The position numbers and the translations under genes are program-made. From an uncultured Alistipes sp. (lineage in GTDB: Bacteria > Bacteroidota > Bacteroidia > Bacteroidales > Rikenellaceae): DNA of 64,000 bases. The notes under the pieces were generated by a model that was not told where the DNA came from, searched no databases, and saw nothing but the letters and a program-made list of their open reading frames with translations. Location of the stretch: the NCBI GenBank assembly GCA_937899895.1, contig CALBQR010000034.1, positions 2,514 to 66,513 of the forward strand. Direction: 5' to 3'. Numbering within the stretch: position 1 is the stretch's first letter; the number at the start of each line of letters is the position of its first letter. Positions 28,322 to 39,328 of this stretch are shown here, one piece after another.

Positions 28322-28897
28322 ATGGGTGATATGATTTCGAGGGGTTCGGATGTTGATACCAATGGTAATCTTTGGTTTGCTCTTCGTGTTACATATCAAC
28401 GAGAGTTGAAGGCTAAGGCTGTATTGGACCAATTGGGTATCGAAAATTTCCTGCCTACACGATTGGTTAAAGAGCGAGACAGCATAGGGCGTTTTGTCTG
28501 GGTGCGCCGAGTGGCAATTCACAACTATATCTTCGTCAGATCGACAAAGGAGATCATTGATGATCTTAAAATGCACAAATTGCCTTGGCTGCGATATGTT
28601 ACCCGACCTGTTGCAGGGCGTAATGAGATTTTAACGGTCCCCGACAATCAGATGAAACATTTTATCGCTGTTGCCGGAACTCACAACGAGCACCTACTCT
28701 ATCTTGACCCGAATGACGAAAATCTGAAAGAAGGAGATCTCGTGCGTATTATCGCCGGACCGTTTGCAGGCGTGGAAGGCATATACGTTCGTCTGAATAA
28801 TCAACGCAGCCGACGCGTTGTTGTGCGCGTAGAGGGCATTACCGCTGTGGCAACAGCGTCAGTGCCGTTATCGTTAATTGAAAAAATTGAAAAATAA
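28322..28897 (+). CDS. upxY: UpxY family transcription antiterminator (NusG paralog)
   Basis: WFALRVTYQRE, ENFLP, NYIFVR, VPDNQM, KOW motif GDLVRIIAGPFAGVEG; first gene of the polysaccharide locus. Confidence 0.93.
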   Translation: MGDMISRGSDVDTNGNLWFALRVTYQRELKAKAVLDQLGIENFLPTRLVKERDSIGRFVWVRRVAIHNYIFVRSTKEIIDDLKMHKLPWLRYVTRPVAGRNEILTVPDNQMKHFIAVAGTHNEHLLYLDPNDENLKEGDLVRIIAGPFAGVEGIYVRLNNQRSRRVVVRVEGITAVATASVPLSLIEKIEK

Positions 28898-28911
28898 TAA
28901 ACACATCAAAA

Positions 28912-30093
28912 ATGGTTTCTATGTTTGTTAAGGCAATATTACTACCATTTGTTATGGCTTTTATAGCTACTAAATGGATCTTCCCCAAGACGCTGAACAT
29001 TGCTCTTGAGAAGAATATTGTTGATAATCCTAATGCTCGCAAATTGCAGCGCACACCCGTTCCTATTTTGGGCGGCTTGACCATCTTTTTCGGTATGGCA
29101 ATGGGTATTGCGTGTTCTATGCTGTTTGGTGATTATGCAGACATCTTTCCTGTCGTAGTATCAATGATCCTGATTCTGCTCATTGGCACAATGGACGACA
29201 TTATCGACTTATCTCCGACTTTCCGCTTTGCAGTTGAGATATTGATAGTGCTGATTCTGATCTTCTCATCCGGAGCATCTTTGAATGACTTTCACGGATT
29301 GTGGGGATTCTATGAAGTTCCTATGTGGTTCTCTCTTATGCTTACAATTATCGCAGCAGTGGGAATGATCAATGCAATCAATTTGATTGATGGTATCGAT
29401 GGCTTGTCGTCGGGCTTTTGCATTATGGCCAGCTCGTTGTTCGGAATAATGTTCTACTTTGCAGGCAATAGTTCGATGCTCGTGCTTGCGGCTGTGTCAA
29501 TCGGCGCATTGATCCCATTCTTCTTCCACAATGTGTTTGGCCGTACCTCCAAAATGTTTATCGGCGATGGCGGTACTCTGCTGATGGGTATCATTCTTTC
29601 GACGTTTGTGATCCGCACTTTGACTCACGGGACTTCTTGCGCTTCGTTAAATCCCAATTTGGGTTTGATACCATTTACAATAGCCGTGATGAGTATTCCG
29701 GTGTTTGATACATTGCGAGTGATGAGTATTAGAATGTTGCGAGGAAAATCACCATTCTCACCCGATAAGACCCATCTCCACCATCTGTTTATCGAAATGG
29801 GATTCTCGCATATCGGAGCGACTGTGTCTATCTTGACCTTCAATACGATTATTGTGGCGTGCTGGTGGTTGTCATATAGATTAGGCTGTTCTATCGAGTG
29901 GCAGCTGTACATCGTCTTGATACTTGCCGTTGCGATGACGTTCGTTTTCTATAAGTTTATGAAGATTCAGCAAAAATATAACACCTCGATCTGGCGAATG
30001 ATGAGAGTAATCGGCAAGGTGTCGCATATTGAGCGTAAGGGCATCTTCCTCTGGCTGCAAAATGTGATGGATGGCGATAAGAATATAGATTAA
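28912..30093 (+). CDS. MraY/WecA-family undecaprenyl-phosphate sugar-1-phosphate transferase
   Basis: DNPNARK..PVPILGG, GTMDD, NAINLIDGIDGL, FIGDGG, PDKTHLHH. Confidence 0.92.
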   Translation: MVSMFVKAILLPFVMAFIATKWIFPKTLNIALEKNIVDNPNARKLQRTPVPILGGLTIFFGMAMGIACSMLFGDYADIFPVVVSMILILLIGTMDDIIDLSPTFRFAVEILIVLILIFSSGASLNDFHGLWGFYEVPMWFSLMLTIIAAVGMINAINLIDGIDGLSSGFCIMASSLFGIMFYFAGNSSMLVLAAVSIGALIPFFFHNVFGRTSKMFIGDGGTLLMGIILSTFVIRTLTHGTSCASLNPNLGLIPFTIAVMSIPVFDTLRVMSIRMLRGKSPFSPDKTHLHHLFIEMGFSHIGATVSILTFNTIIVACWWLSYRLGCSIEWQLYIVLILAVAMTFVFYKFMKIQQKYNTSIWRMMRVIGKVSHIERKGIFLWLQNVMDGDKNID

Positions 30094-30164
30094 CTACTCC
30101 ATCAGCAGAGTTTAAGACCGAATACATTATAGGTCGATCGCTAATTGCATATTTAGGTAAATAA

Positions 30165-31727
30165 ATGGGCACTTCAAATAATACCGGTCGTATAGCGAAG
30201 AATACAATGGCACTCTATTTCAGAATGCTGCTTCAGATGTGTATCTCGCTATATACGGCACGAGTAATACTTGATGCATTGGGTGATGTGGATTATGGCT
30301 TGTACAGCGTGGTTGGAGGCGTATTAGCCATATTTACATTTATCAATGGTACATTAATCGCTGCTACTCAACGATTTATATCCTACTCAATTGGCACTAA
30401 CGACGAAGAGGTATTGCGACAGACCGTAGCGTCATCAAAAGCCCTGCATCTGATATTTGCAGGTTTGACGCTTTTAATTGGTGAGACCATAGGACTGTGG
30501 GTGCTTAATACCTACATCAATATCCCGGCCGGTAGCGAATTTGCGGCTAATGTGGTTTATCAGCTATCGATCATTTCGGCAATATTTACCATTACCCAAG
30601 TTCCTTATACGGCAATGATTATTGCTTATGAGCGAATGGAGATATTTGCCTACGCAAGTATAGCCGAAGCTGTAATAAAGTTGGGTATTGCGATGTCATT
30701 AGGTCTGTTCGCCGCAAATAGATTGGAGATATATTCGTTGTTTATGCTACTGACCGTAGTGGTTATGTGGTTTATATGGCGAGGATTCAGCCGCCGCAAC
30801 TTTGCTGTTGGCAAACAACCGATGAAGCTATATAGGGGAACAATCAAAGAGATGACAAGTTTTGCGAGCTGGAATATGTTTGGCACGTTGGCATCATCGG
30901 CGAGTGTTCACGGAATAAATATATTGATCAACATTTTCTTCGGAGCGAGAGTTAATACGGCACGAGCTATTGCATATCAGGTTACAAATACGGTAACCCA
31001 ATTCACGACCAATCTGAATATGGCTGTGAATCCGCAGATAACTCAATCTTATGCTTCGGGAAATCTGTCTTATATGCACTCGCTGATCTATTGGGGTTGT
31101 AAAATATCTTATTGCTTGTTGATGATAATCTCAATCCCTTTGATTATCGAAATGCCGACCATCTTAACTTGGTGGCTTGGAGATTATCCCCCATTTACGG
31201 TTATATTATGTCAATTAGCTCTGATTGATGCAATGTTATTTGCAATATCGAGTCCTCTTATCACAAGTTCATTGGCAACGGGGCGTATAAAGACATATCA
31301 GATTGTTGTTGGTGGTCTGTATCTTTTATTGCTGCCAATCGTATTTATTGTGTTAAAGTTGGGAGGCTCGCCTCAAAGCACATTGGTAGTGTCGATAATT
31401 ATCAATTTGATAACATTGTTTGCCAGACTCTATATGCTGCGCTCAATGATCCAGATATCGATACGCTCATATAGCTATAAAGTTTTAGTGCCATTGTTTT
31501 TCACCTCGATAATTGCACCTATTCTTCCCGTAATTATTCACTTAAATATCGGCAATGATATCTTGCGTGTTATTTCGGTAGGAATTATTTCGGTTCTATG
31601 GTCTGTGGTTGTCGTCTATTATGTCGGACTCAATCGTTCGGAACGAGCGAAGGTAATAGAGGTATTCAGACATTATGTATCCTCGAAGTTGAATTTGAAA
31701 CAATCCAACAATGCACAACTTTTTTAA
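30165..31727 (+). CDS. wzx: Wzx-type polysaccharide flippase
   Basis: IAKNTMALYFRM..YTARVILDALGDVDYGLY, about 14 TM segments, PQITQSYA. Confidence 0.88.
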   Translation: MGTSNNTGRIAKNTMALYFRMLLQMCISLYTARVILDALGDVDYGLYSVVGGVLAIFTFINGTLIAATQRFISYSIGTNDEEVLRQTVASSKALHLIFAGLTLLIGETIGLWVLNTYINIPAGSEFAANVVYQLSIISAIFTITQVPYTAMIIAYERMEIFAYASIAEAVIKLGIAMSLGLFAANRLEIYSLFMLLTVVVMWFIWRGFSRRNFAVGKQPMKLYRGTIKEMTSFASWNMFGTLASSASVHGINILINIFFGARVNTARAIAYQVTNTVTQFTTNLNMAVNPQITQSYASGNLSYMHSLIYWGCKISYCLLMIISIPLIIEMPTILTWWLGDYPPFTVILCQLALIDAMLFAISSPLITSSLATGRIKTYQIVVGGLYLLLLPIVFIVLKLGGSPQSTLVVSIIINLITLFARLYMLRSMIQISIRSYSYKVLVPLFFTSIIAPILPVIIHLNIGNDILRVISVGIISVLWSVVVVYYVGLNRSERAKVIEVFRHYVSSKLNLKQSNNAQLF

Positions 31728-32610
31728 GCGGGCAAAGGGATATATTGAGCGTCATTTGGTGGCGTTGCTTTTCAATATAAAGAACATATGGTTATGTATG
31801 TCTCGCCCTTGTATTATAGTTAATGCTTGGGTTGATGATCATTGGTATAGTGGAGTCAGAACCAGAAATTTTGGAGATGATATAAATAAATATTTTATTG
31901 AATCACTGACTAATCGAAAGGTAATATTTGACCATACATTCTCTTGGTGGGGGGTGTTGCGTCAGCCAAATTATCTGTGTATAGGCAGTATCATAGAGTC
32001 TCATTGTAACAACCGTAGTATAATTTGGGGCAGTGGAGCTATGTATGGCAATAGAGAATTATCGGCAAAACCGCTTAAAGTGTGTGCTGTACGAGGACCT
32101 CTGACACGTAAATATTTGCTTGAACAAGGTGTTGAGTGCCCCGAAATATATGGAGATCCAGCGTTGTTGCTTCCGCGCGTATATAATCCGCACGTGGTTA
32201 AAAAATATAGAGTAGGAATCATCCCTCACGTATTAGATGCGGATAATAAGTTTATAATTGATTTTGCACAGCGCGAGGATGTTTGTGTAATTGACTTGGA
32301 AAAGTATAATCATTGGCACGATATCATAGATGCCATTTTGTCTTGCGAGATGATTGTATCAAGCTCTCTTCACGGACTGATTGTGTCGGATGCGTATGAT
32401 GTGCCTAATGTGTGGATTGAATTGTCGGATAAGGTACAAGGGAATGGGTTTAAGTTCTATGACTATTATCAGTCAGGTGGTATTTGCAATAAACAACCGT
32501 TGGTTATTGATGAAGCAATCAATATTGATAGTTTGTTGAGCAAATATCAAGAGTGGGAGAAGCCCAATATTGATATAGATAAATTATATCGAAGTTGCCC
32601 ATTTATATAA
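31711..32610 (+). CDS. Polysaccharide pyruvyl transferase
   Basis: NFGDD, IGSII, WGSG, AVRGPLT, YGDPALL, GIIPH, SSSLHGLI, FKFYDYY. Confidence 0.92.
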   Translation: MHNFFKRAKGYIERHLVALLFNIKNIWLCMSRPCIIVNAWVDDHWYSGVRTRNFGDDINKYFIESLTNRKVIFDHTFSWWGVLRQPNYLCIGSIIESHCNNRSIIWGSGAMYGNRELSAKPLKVCAVRGPLTRKYLLEQGVECPEIYGDPALLLPRVYNPHVVKKYRVGIIPHVLDADNKFIIDFAQREDVCVIDLEKYNHWHDIIDAILSCEMIVSSSLHGLIVSDAYDVPNVWIELSDKVQGNGFKFYDYYQSGGICNKQPLVIDEAINIDSLLSKYQEWEKPNIDIDKLYRSCPFI

Positions 32611-32623
32611 CTCTCGAATTAGT

Positions 32624-33568
32624 ATGGCGGCAGTAAGTGAAATAGTTCTCGTATATAAGGTAGAGCAGTATATTGAGCGTTGTGTGCGTTCTTTGATGGA
32701 GCAGACGTTCGATGATATTGAGTTTATCTTTGTGAATGATTGTACTCCTGATAAGAGTATGGATATCCTGCGCCGTGTGATCGAGGACTACCCTACTCGT
32801 ATTCCGCAGATCCGAATTATTGAAAATGAGGTAAATCGAGGTGCTGCTGCGTCGCGTAATATAGGATTGGATGCGGCAACAGGTGATTATATTATCTTTA
32901 CTGATAGTGATGATTGGGTCGAGCCGACAATGGTCGCCGATATGTATAATGTGGCAATACGAGATAATTGCGATATAGTATGGTGTCGAGCAGATAATCA
33001 GTATTCGGCAGATTTAGGCCCCAAGGCTGATACGTATGTTCGGGCTTTGCTTAACAGAAGAGTTAATCCTGGTCCAATTAATAAGTTGGTAAGGTCTGAA
33101 CTATATAGCAAAGTTCGATATATCGAAAATTGCAATAATGGAGAGGACTTAAACTTAAATATTAAACTGCATACACTCGCTGAAAAAGTCGGGTTTATAG
33201 ATGAGGTTTACTATAAAATAAATATTGATAATGAGCAATCCATAACCCGATTGAGAGGTAATCATATTCCCAACGGAGAGTCTTTGGTAAAGAATGTTGC
33301 AGATATTGCCTCGTATTTAGAAAGTTTGGACTTGGATAAAGTATATGAGCGCGAGTTGGATTTCTGTAAGGTAAATGCGAAGGAGTATTTGCTTATAATG
33401 GGAGATAAAGACTCTTTGGTAAAGTGGACAACAATATTTCCGGAAACCAATAAGCGGATTATGAAATTGCCCAATTATCCCTTATATACTCGTATGATTA
33501 TGTGGCTGCTTGCCAAGGGGATTATATGGCCGTTTGTGTTAAAAGAGAAAATTAAGAATATTATATAA
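32624..33568 (+). CDS. Glycosyltransferase family 2
   Basis: YIERCVRSL, FVNDCTPD, NRGAAASRNIG, FTDSDD, GED. Confidence 0.92.
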   Translation: MAAVSEIVLVYKVEQYIERCVRSLMEQTFDDIEFIFVNDCTPDKSMDILRRVIEDYPTRIPQIRIIENEVNRGAAASRNIGLDAATGDYIIFTDSDDWVEPTMVADMYNVAIRDNCDIVWCRADNQYSADLGPKADTYVRALLNRRVNPGPINKLVRSELYSKVRYIENCNNGEDLNLNIKLHTLAEKVGFIDEVYYKINIDNEQSITRLRGNHIPNGESLVKNVADIASYLESLDLDKVYERELDFCKVNAKEYLLIMGDKDSLVKWTTIFPETNKRIMKLPNYPLYTRMIMWLLAKGIIWPFVLKEKIKNII

Positions 33569-33570
33569 CT

Positions 33571-34554
33571 ATGAATCAGCCGTCTATATCGGTAATTGTG
33601 CCAATTTATGGCGTAGAGAAATATATCGAACGATGTGCCCGATCGTTATTTAAGCAAACGATTAGTGATCGTTGTGAATATATCTTCGTTAATGATTGCA
33701 CGAAGGACCGTAGCATTGATGTTCTGCAAAGAGTAATTGATGAGTACCCTACTCTCCAAATTAATATTTTGCAGCACTCGCAAAATAAGGGTTTAGCGGG
33801 AGCTCGCAATACAGGTCTTGATTATGCCAGCGGTAAATATATTGCTCATGTCGATAGTGATGACTATGTGGATGAGGATATGTTGGAGGCTCTGTATAAT
33901 CGCGCCGAATCGGAGGGTTGCGATATCGTTTGGTGCGATTATTATATGACCTGCCCCGATAAGGAGATTCGATTGGCGCAGGAGTGTAAGTCCGACAATA
34001 TTGAGTGCATACGAGCCATTATGACCGGCAATCTGCACGGCTCGGTGTGTAATAAGTTTGCTCTACGATCTTTATACGTAGATAATAATATTCGCTTCCC
34101 GGAAGGAAAAGATGTTTGGGAGGATGTGGCTACCTCTACCCGATTGTTTGCGTGTGCACAAAAAATATCATATATACCGCGAGCTTTTTATCACTATGTG
34201 CAGTATAATGCCGGAGCATATACGAAAGAGGTTTCGGTTAGACGCTGCCAGCAACAGATTGATAATGTGAAGGGCATCGTTGAATTTATGAGTAAGAGAG
34301 GTCTAATGCATCATTTTGAGGATGTGGTTGGTCAGTTGAAATTGCGATCCAAACTGCTATTGCTGTATAGTTATAAAAAGGATAACTATAATTTGTGGCG
34401 AGCAACTTTCCCCGAAGCGAACGCAGATATAGATTCAGTGCAGCTTGGCTTGCGCCTACGCCTTTTGCAGAAGGCCGCAAAGAATAATATTGATTGTTTT
34501 CTGCGCATAAACGAGTTCGTACGTCGTTGTAAAAGATTGGTAATGTTAAGGTAG
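33571..34554 (+). CDS. Glycosyltransferase family 2
   Basis: ISVIVPIY, FVNDCTKD, NKGLAGARNTG, HVDSDD, WED. Confidence 0.93.
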   Translation: MNQPSISVIVPIYGVEKYIERCARSLFKQTISDRCEYIFVNDCTKDRSIDVLQRVIDEYPTLQINILQHSQNKGLAGARNTGLDYASGKYIAHVDSDDYVDEDMLEALYNRAESEGCDIVWCDYYMTCPDKEIRLAQECKSDNIECIRAIMTGNLHGSVCNKFALRSLYVDNNIRFPEGKDVWEDVATSTRLFACAQKISYIPRAFYHYVQYNAGAYTKEVSVRRCQQQIDNVKGIVEFMSKRGLMHHFEDVVGQLKLRSKLLLLYSYKKDNYNLWRATFPEANADIDSVQLGLRLRLLQKAAKNNIDCFLRINEFVRRCKRLVMLR

Positions 34555-34561
34555 AATAATT

Positions 34562-35290
34562 ATGATTCCCAAAGTAATACATTATATATGGTTCGGCGGA
34601 AAGCCCCTGCCCGAATTGGCGCAGAAATGTATCGCTAGTTGGCGAAAATATCTGCCCGATTATGAGATTAAGAGATGGGATGAAACCAATTTCGATATTA
34701 ATATCATCCCATATACACAAGAAGCGGCGCAGGCAAAAAAGTGGGCTTTTGTTAGTGATTATGCCCGTTTCTGGATATTGTATCATTATGGAGGAGTCTA
34801 TTTTGATACAGATGTAGAGGTAATCCGCCCAATGGATGATATATTGGAGACGGGGCCATATATGGGCTGTGAAAGCGGAGATATAGAATCTGGAATTACT
34901 ATTAATCCAGGAGTAGGCTTTGCTAGCGAAGCTAAATCCGCCGTGTTGAAAGCTCTCTTGGATGAATATAATAACCGCCATTTCGATCCAGATAATATTG
35001 ATATCACCATTGTTGGATATACGACCGAATATTTCAAACAACGAGGCTTTAAGAATGAGGTGTCAATACAGCAAGTGGCCGAATTTACCATATACCCCAA
35101 AGAGTATTTCTGCCCGGCGTTGCTTAACTTGTCTAATAACATAACTAAAAATACGCGTACTATTCACCATTATGCAGGTACGTGGTTGCCTTTTCATAAG
35201 CGTATTATCAGTAATATATATACTCGATATATTATTAAGAATAAAATGCTAGTATCGATGTGTATGAAAATTAAACAGTTAATCAGATAG
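34562..35290 (+). CDS. Glycosyltransferase family 32 (DXD sugar-binding)
   Basis: MIPKVIHYIWFGG, AFVSDYARF, YGGVYFDTDV, HHYAGTW. Confidence 0.92.
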   Translation: MIPKVIHYIWFGGKPLPELAQKCIASWRKYLPDYEIKRWDETNFDINIIPYTQEAAQAKKWAFVSDYARFWILYHYGGVYFDTDVEVIRPMDDILETGPYMGCESGDIESGITINPGVGFASEAKSAVLKALLDEYNNRHFDPDNIDITIVGYTTEYFKQRGFKNEVSIQQVAEFTIYPKEYFCPALLNLSNNITKNTRTIHHYAGTWLPFHKRIISNIYTRYIIKNKMLVSMCMKIKQLIR

Positions 35291-35295
35291 TAATT

Positions 35296-36351
35296 ATGTT
35301 TTCTAATATTGGAGATATTTCTATTGTTTATTGGATATTGTTCGTTATAATGGCTATTGGAGCGTATAGCGAAGAGATGCTGCCATATAAGCCAAGACGA
35401 GATTTCCAATTTATCGGAATATGGGCATTAATACTTATCTCGGGTTTGCGATATGGAATGTCTGACTATAATCAGTATAAGGGAGTTTATTATCTGGATT
35501 ATTTTCAGTTTGAGCCAGGATATGAATTCCTTCAAAATATATTTTCAGGATTGGGTGTGCCTTTTGAGATATTTGTATTTATATTCGCAGTAATATCGTG
35601 TGTGTTCCTTAAAAAGGCATTCTCTAAATATTGGTTTTTTTGGGGAATGTTATTGGTATTGGCTAAACTTGCGACATTCTATGCGATGAGTGGTATGAGG
35701 CAATGGATGGCACTATGTATCTGCTTTTATGCTATTAGTCTTTTATTAAATGGCGAAAAGCGCAAGTTTGTATTTTGGGTTATAATAGCATTTACATTTC
35801 ATAGATCTGCCTTCATAGTGTTGCCTCTAATTTTCTTGTATAAAAGAGACTTTTCATATACGTTAGCTTTAATAATAACTGTATTAGCGGTTATTATCGG
35901 ATATTCGGCAAAGGAGTTTCTGTTTGCTGCGGCAGAAGCAAGTGAGTTATTTGATGTTACAGGCTATCTGATAGACAATGAGACGGGAATTAATACTTTG
36001 AATTGGATTGAGAACTTCGCATTTTTAGCTATGGGACTAACTATTCGAAAGAGAGTTAAGGACAAGGTGCCGCATTATGATTTCTTTTTGTATATGATGT
36101 TGATATATTGCGCATTTTTGATAGCTGGTAGCGATTTTGGTATTATTAAACGTCTGCGAGATTATTATGTATTATCATACTATATTATCCTTCCCTCTAT
36201 CAGCGTGGCATTTAGAAAACAGGAGCGTAACCTAATAAATACTATAATTATCTTATATTTTGGATTGTTATTTATACGTTCGTTGGATTATTTTGATGTG
36301 ATTGCCAGATATAAGTGTGTGTTATTTGCAGATATGTACAATATGTTGTAA
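35296..36351 (+). CDS. EpsG-family polysaccharide polymerase (Wzy-like)
   Basis: GLRY..DY..Y, FEPGY, MRQ..A, FHRSA; multi-TM. Confidence 0.85.
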   Translation: MFSNIGDISIVYWILFVIMAIGAYSEEMLPYKPRRDFQFIGIWALILISGLRYGMSDYNQYKGVYYLDYFQFEPGYEFLQNIFSGLGVPFEIFVFIFAVISCVFLKKAFSKYWFFWGMLLVLAKLATFYAMSGMRQWMALCICFYAISLLLNGEKRKFVFWVIIAFTFHRSAFIVLPLIFLYKRDFSYTLALIITVLAVIIGYSAKEFLFAAAEASELFDVTGYLIDNETGINTLNWIENFAFLAMGLTIRKRVKDKVPHYDFFLYMMLIYCAFLIAGSDFGIIKRLRDYYVLSYYIILPSISVAFRKQERNLINTIIILYFGLLFIRSLDYFDVIARYKCVLFADMYNML

Positions 36352-36361
36352 TATAATTGCT

Positions 36362-37453
36362 ATGAATATTTTATTGGTTGTATCTCATTTGCGTCGTGGA
36401 GGCCCGGTAGATGTCGTATATAATATTTGTAGAAATCTAATAAAAACTACAAATGTCAGTATCTTAACATTGCGCAAAGAGGGCAATAATAGTAAGATCG
36501 CAGATTTTAGGGATCTAGGCATAAGTGTAACCCAGTTAAATCTATCGTATCTTACATGTGAAATATTTAAGTCTATTGTTACTCGTAAGATATCTCGACT
36601 CATAACAGATAAAAAAATTGATATTGTACATTGTCATGGCTATCATCCTGTTATCGCTTGTGCAAGATTGCAGAATGTTAAAAAGATTACTACATTACAT
36701 AATCGGGCCAATGAAGATTATATAAATTCATTTGGCCCGATTATCGGTCGATATATGCTATGGCGGTATTTGGGCGCATTAAAGTCATTTGATGCGAATG
36801 TCGCTGTATCATCAAGTGCGATTACATTATATCAAACACAAGGTGTGCCAAATGTTATAAACGTTAATAATGGCATAAATACTTCCATATATTCAATTGC
36901 CGATAGTAACAAGCGTAATGAGATTCGTAATCGATTGGGATTACCCTTATCGGGGCAGATCATTATATCAAGCGGTAGAATTGAGCCGGAAAAGAGATGT
37001 GAGGCTTTGGTTTCGTGGTTTACCTCATATGTCTCGGATCTGAATATCTATCTTGTTGTATTAGGAGATGGCTCTCGCCTTGAATCTTGTAAAAAGATAA
37101 CAAGTCAAGATACTAGAGTATTATATACCGGCCGCGTCTCTAATGTGTATGAATATCTGCAATGTGCAGATTATTATATAAGTAACTCCAAGAGCGAGGG
37201 TATGAGTATGGCTGTATGTGAAGGTATTGGATGCGGTCTTACTCCGATATTGTCGAATATCCCATCTCACAGAGATGTCGCTGAATATATTGGAGGATAT
37301 CTCTTTGATAACGTTGATAAGATAAATATTAAAGAGGCAATGGCCCATAAGCATACGCCACAAGAACTGCATAATTACATTCGAGATAATTTCTCAATAG
37401 ATACAATGAGTGAGGGATATTATAATATATATAAGTGTTTGATTAATGAATAA
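36362..37453 (+). CDS. Glycosyltransferase family 4
   Basis: GGP, DIVHCH, NGI, GRIEPEK, SEGMSMAVCEG (EX7E). Start MNILL. Confidence 0.92.
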   Translation: MNILLVVSHLRRGGPVDVVYNICRNLIKTTNVSILTLRKEGNNSKIADFRDLGISVTQLNLSYLTCEIFKSIVTRKISRLITDKKIDIVHCHGYHPVIACARLQNVKKITTLHNRANEDYINSFGPIIGRYMLWRYLGALKSFDANVAVSSSAITLYQTQGVPNVINVNNGINTSIYSIADSNKRNEIRNRLGLPLSGQIIISSGRIEPEKRCEALVSWFTSYVSDLNIYLVVLGDGSRLESCKKITSQDTRVLYTGRVSNVYEYLQCADYYISNSKSEGMSMAVCEGIGCGLTPILSNIPSHRDVAEYIGGYLFDNVDKINIKEAMAHKHTPQELHNYIRDNFSIDTMSEGYYNIYKCLINE

Positions 37454-38252
37454 ATTTTCTGTTTTAATATCCGTCTATTATAAAGAGCGAGCAGAATATC
37501 TTCAAGCTGCGCTTAACAGCGTGTTTGCTCAGACACTATCTCCTAGTGAGGTTGTATTAGTTAAGGATGGTCCTCTTGGCTCAGAATTAGAGGATGTTAT
37601 TGCGGGATTCTCAAGTCGCTATCCCAGTCAAATGAAGGTTGTGGAGGTTGCTCAAAATGTAGGGTTGGGACAAGCTTTGAATATAGGTTTGAGTCATTGT
37701 ACATATGATCTTATCGCACGAATGGATAGTGATGACCTATGTGTGCCAAATCGTTTTGAAAAACAGGTTGAGATATTTGCAACTAAAACAGTTGATGTCG
37801 TTAGTGCTTGGATTGAAGAGTTTGATGAGCTGAATAACTCTCGCATCAAGAAACTACCTGAATATGATGAAGATATTAAACGATATGCTATACATCGTTG
37901 CCCTATTCATCATCCTTGCGTAATGTTTCGTAAAGAGAAAGTTATGGAGGCCGGATCATATCAACACTTTTATTTGTTAGAGGACTATTATTTGTGGTTA
38001 AGAATGATAAAGAGCGGTGCCATATTCTATAATATACAAGAACCAATATTGAGATTTAGAAGTACTTCTGATATGTTCCGCCGTCGTGGTGGGTTGAAGT
38101 ATGCCAAGTCGGAGTATCGTTTGTTCAAGTATATGTATAAGAGCGGTATGATTGGATTGGACCGTTTTCTATTCAATGCGTCGGCTCGTTTCATCGTACG
38201 TGTATCTCCTACTTGGTTGCGTCAGTGGGTGTATCTTAAATTATTAAGGTAA
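37446..38252 (+). CDS. Glycosyltransferase family 2 (AmsE-like)
   Basis: FSVLISVYYKE, VKDGPL, GLGQALNIG, ARMDSDD, EDYYLW, RRRGG. Confidence 0.92.
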   Translation: MNKFSVLISVYYKERAEYLQAALNSVFAQTLSPSEVVLVKDGPLGSELEDVIAGFSSRYPSQMKVVEVAQNVGLGQALNIGLSHCTYDLIARMDSDDLCVPNRFEKQVEIFATKTVDVVSAWIEEFDELNNSRIKKLPEYDEDIKRYAIHRCPIHHPCVMFRKEKVMEAGSYQHFYLLEDYYLWLRMIKSGAIFYNIQEPILRFRSTSDMFRRRGGLKYAKSEYRLFKYMYKSGMIGLDRFLFNASARFIVRVSPTWLRQWVYLKLLR

Positions 38253-38257
38253 AAAGA

Positions 38258-39301
38258 ATGTATTCCGATATTCAGGAAATATTTTTGGCGATATTACGCT
38301 CTACGTTTAATTCGGATGAATGCAAGCCGAGACTATCGGATTTGTCATCTGACCAATGGCATTGGCTATATCAATTATCTGCCGAGCACGGTTTGACAGG
38401 TGTGGTGTATGCGAGTGTTAATGACCAATTTGCAAATTCGCAAATATCGAAAACAGACCTATTCAGTTGGACATTGAGTGCAGAAAAAATCGCTAATAGA
38501 TACCAGCAGCTTGTAGGCAGTATTCGTAAATTATCTGCGATATATGCAGAGAATAATATTCGTATGATATTGCTCAAAGGTGTTTCATTGAGTCGATACT
38601 ACCCTATTCCTCAATATCGAGAGTTTGGAGATGCTGATATATTTCTTGGCGATGATTTTCAGCAGGGAAATAAAATCGCTTGTGATAATGGGGCGCAAAT
38701 GGATGATAGCCATTTGACAGATAAGCATTGCGCTTTTGTATTTGATGGAACTATGTTTGAGAATCATAAGACGTTGCTTGATCTTGAATGTAGAGCCGAA
38801 GAGATACTTGAAGAGTATTTACAGGGATTATTAGCCTGCGCAGACTCGGAAAAGGTAGGCTACGGAGCTAAACTCGCGCCGCCAATGTTTAATCTTCTGT
38901 TTGTGCTGCGCCATACGGCTGTTCATTTTGCTTGGAGCGTTCCATTTCGTAGTTTATGCGATTGGGCTACCCTACTATATAATGAACGGTCGAAAATCGA
39001 CTTTAAGGAGTTGGAGAGCGTTCTTAATAGAAGTGATATGCTCTGCTTCTATAATGCGCTTACTTGTGCTGCTGAAAAGATTTCAGGATTGCCGTTGAGT
39101 AAGATGTTGATTGGAGAGGTGGGATTGGAATATGCTGACCGCATTATCGAAGATTGTTTTTATACCAATTCGCGAGCATTGAAACCGCAAACAAATATCC
39201 AAAAGGTTCGCCGTCTGCTCTATAATCGCTGGAAATACTCCCGACTACTACCCGACAGCTATATCAAGGCTTGGATAAAAGTAATAAAAAGACATATATA
39301 A
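38258..39301 (+). CDS. Nucleotidyltransferase family protein (NTP_transf_5-like)
   Basis: LLKG.SL..YYP....REFGDADI, ENH, H...HF, LCDW. Confidence 0.82.
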   Translation: MYSDIQEIFLAILRSTFNSDECKPRLSDLSSDQWHWLYQLSAEHGLTGVVYASVNDQFANSQISKTDLFSWTLSAEKIANRYQQLVGSIRKLSAIYAENNIRMILLKGVSLSRYYPIPQYREFGDADIFLGDDFQQGNKIACDNGAQMDDSHLTDKHCAFVFDGTMFENHKTLLDLECRAEEILEEYLQGLLACADSEKVGYGAKLAPPMFNLLFVLRHTAVHFAWSVPFRSLCDWATLLYNERSKIDFKELESVLNRSDMLCFYNALTCAAEKISGLPLSKMLIGEVGLEYADRIIEDCFYTNSRALKPQTNIQKVRRLLYNRWKYSRLLPDSYIKAWIKVIKRHI

Positions 39302-39328
39302 ATCACCACTTTATATTTAGATAAACAA